Source: a candidate division FCPU426 bacterium
GTDB lineage: Bacteria > Oederibacteriota > Muellerivitia > Muellerivitales > Muellerivitaceae
Direction: 5' to 3'
Assembly (NCBI GenBank): GCA_963847625.1
Contig: CAWKAR010000019.1
Coordinates: 1-64,000, forward strand
DNA length: 64,000 nt
The translations under genes were made by a program, and so were the position numbers. The notes beneath the pieces are model-generated. The model ran no database searches. It was not told the DNA's origin and worked only from the letters and a program-made list of their open reading frames with translations. Positions 62,298 through 64,000 of the stretch are shown here, one piece after another. Numbering within the stretch: the stretch's first letter is position 1; the number at the start of each line of letters is the position of its first letter.

Positions 62298-63029
62298 TTA
62301 CCAGTCGCTGCAGCTTCCCCTCAACTCCGAGTAGCTTTCAGGCGTATCGATCTTGGCCTGCTCGTCCGCTAGCGCCTGTCTGAACTGGTCGAATACTGGG
62401 TCAATTACCCCGGAAATAATCTTCCCGATTCTTTCCTTCCCCTCGGCCCAAGAGGCCGTTACCAGCGGATGGGCAGGCGTAGGGATCACGGTGGACCGGG
62501 TCAGGGTATCCCGGAGAATTTTTTGGTACTGGGTGTAAACGTCCCGGTGGATTTCCACGTGCTGTTTCTCGTGCCCCAGGGTTTTTTCGTAGGGACAGCT
62601 TCCCACCTCATAGCCCGAGTTGACATAAACCTTGATGCTGTTGTAGGAGAAATCCACCCTTAAGTTTTCCACCCACATCTTGAATTCATCCTTGAACCAT
62701 TTCTTGGAGCCGCTGAACTCGTAAAGCGCTTCCGTTTTGAAATCCGCGACGGTCAATCCGTAAATATGGTAACGTCCGTCGCTCGCGCCAGTCCCGCTTT
62801 CCAGGCTCTCGATCTGCTGGGTATTCAACTCGTGGGATAGGACCGGCTCCGGGAAACCGAAGAGATATTGGACCGTGGGGCCGGATTCCCCGGCACCGCC
62901 TGTAATCATGTCCCGTGTGACATTTTGGCCCCGGATGGCGCTAGTATCCTTTTGGTAATCGTAATAAAGCCAGCCAAAAAATGATCCCAGGAGAAATATG
63001 ATGAAGAGGATGAATTGCTTGTTGCCCAT
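62298..63029 (-). CDS. Membrane-anchored putative zinc metalloprotease (HExxH; DUF922-like)
   Basis: N-terminal TM; GLT motif; TLGHEKQHV; EQAKID. Confidence 0.55.
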   Translation of the reverse strand: MGNKQFILFIIFLLGSFFGWLYYDYQKDTSAIRGQNVTRDMITGGAGESGPTVQYLFGFPEPVLSHELNTQQIESLESGTGASDGRYHIYGLTVADFKTEALYEFSGSKKWFKDEFKMWVENLRVDFSYNSIKVYVNSGYEVGSCPYEKTLGHEKQHVEIHRDVYTQYQKILRDTLTRSTVIPTPAHPLVTASWAEGKERIGKIISGVIDPVFDQFRQALADEQAKIDTPESYSELRGSCSDW

Positions 63030-63196
63030 AAGTTAAGCTTACATCAAAATAATTCCTCAACCAAGCTACAGGGACTCGAATATTTCGTTGTCAAGCTTCG
63101 GACTTTGTTGAAAGTTGATCATCCAACGAGGCTGATCCAACCCGATGGAATGATCGGGGATGACGGCTGAAGAACTATACTCCAACGGAAAAAATT

Positions 63197-64000
63197 ATGA
63201 CCGACGAAACCACCCTCAAATCCAAGGTGCCGGCCTCCCACTCCGGCGAGTTACTTTTGGATTATCTCTCCGGCCGCTTTCGCTACAGGACGGTGGAAGA
63301 CTGGCGTGGATCGATCGAATCGGGAAAGGTCACCGTCAACGGGAAAAAAACCGTGCCGGATTGGATCCTCCAAAGCGGGGATTGGGTGGCTTATTGCGTG
63401 GTCCTCCGGGAGCCCCCGGTGGACAAGAACATACCCATCCTCCATGAGGAAGAAACTTTTTTGGTTGTGGATAAGCCGGGCCAGCTACCTTCCCATGCCG
63501 ATGGGAACTTTATCAAAAACACCCTTATTTTTTTGATGCGGGAAAGACTAAAGGCCACGGGGCGGAAGGACAATGTCCATTTGGTCCACCGCTTGGACCG
63601 GGAAACCAGCGGCTTGATGGTGTTGGCCACGGAAAAGGCCTCCCATCTCAATTTGGTGCGCCAATTTGAGAACGGCCAGGTCGAAAAGGAATACCTGGCG
63701 GTGGCGAAAGGGCAGGTGGGCAAGGATAGCTTCCGGGTGGAGGGCGCCATCGCGAGGGATCCAAAAAGCCTGATTTCCATCCGCTATAAGGTGGTTCCTG
63801 AGGGCGACCCCCATTCGAAAACCTCGGCCACGCTTTTCGAAAAAATCAGGGTATACAAGACCGCCACCCTTCTTCGTTGTATTCCAAAATCCGGAAGGAC
63901 CAACCAAATCAGGATCCACCTGGATTCCATCGGCCACACCCTAGTCGGGGACAAACTCTATGGAAGAACGGATGAGGAGTACCTGGCTTTTATCCGCCAT
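63197..64000 (+). CDS. RluA/RluD-family pseudouridine synthase (runs off the window end; absent from the ORF track)
   Basis: Manual translation from ATG 63197: MTDETTL..., VVDKPGQLPSH, LVHRLDRETSGL, GRTNQIRIHL, HTLVGDKLYG. Confidence 0.93.
   Translation, partial: MTDETTLKSKVPASHSGELLLDYLSGRFRYRTVEDWRGSIESGKVTVNGKKTVPDWILQSGDWVAYCVVLREPPVDKNIPILHEEETFLVVDKPGQLPSHADGNFIKNTLIFLMRERLKATGRKDNVHLVHRLDRETSGLMVLATEKASHLNLVRQFENGQVEKEYLAVAKGQVGKDSFRVEGAIARDPKSLISIRYKVVPEGDPHSKTSATLFEKIRVYKTATLLRCIPKSGRTNQIRIHLDSIGHTLVGDKLYGRTDEEYLAFIRH

Noticed and set aside
57808..63029. Integron cassette array (co-oriented accessory genes; small hairpin near 62143-62176)
   Set aside because: Genes overlap or abut, no repeated attC-like sites and no integrase

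Overview
A 64-kb window from a diderm bacterium (LptD/LptF and two PorV-like beta-barrels). The gene content suggests a poorly studied lineage, possibly FCPU426-like; this is a tentative inference. The core content is a heme pathway (hemA-hemC ... hemD-hemB) split by an ~11.7-kb opposite-strand block, an 11-subunit complex I (nuoABCDHIJKLMN, no nuoEFG), a polyprenyl synthase, a Crp/Fnr regulator, uvrA, lptF/lptD, an M16 peptidase, a VIT1 iron exporter, ppx, msrB and a truncated RluA. There are two insertion sequences: an IS110-family (IS1111-type) element whose right non-coding end folds into a readable bridge/seek RNA, and a complete IS30 with terminal inverted repeats (IRs) and a 3-bp target duplication. 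The most notable accessory biology: (i) two very large secreted proteins with ~1,250-1,400-aa (Thr-X)n stalks and T9SS-like C-terminal domains, in the same window as six GT-C-type membrane glycosyltransferase-like genes and two PorV-like barrels, suggesting a secretion plus protein O-glycosylation system; (ii) ppx followed by two 'thymidylate kinase' paralogs, one with a P-loop K-to-R change, resembling the heteromeric archaeal family-3 polyphosphate kinase; (iii) an MsrB with two in-frame starts, each with a Shine-Dalgarno (SD) site. All calls come from reading motifs by eye; no searches were run.
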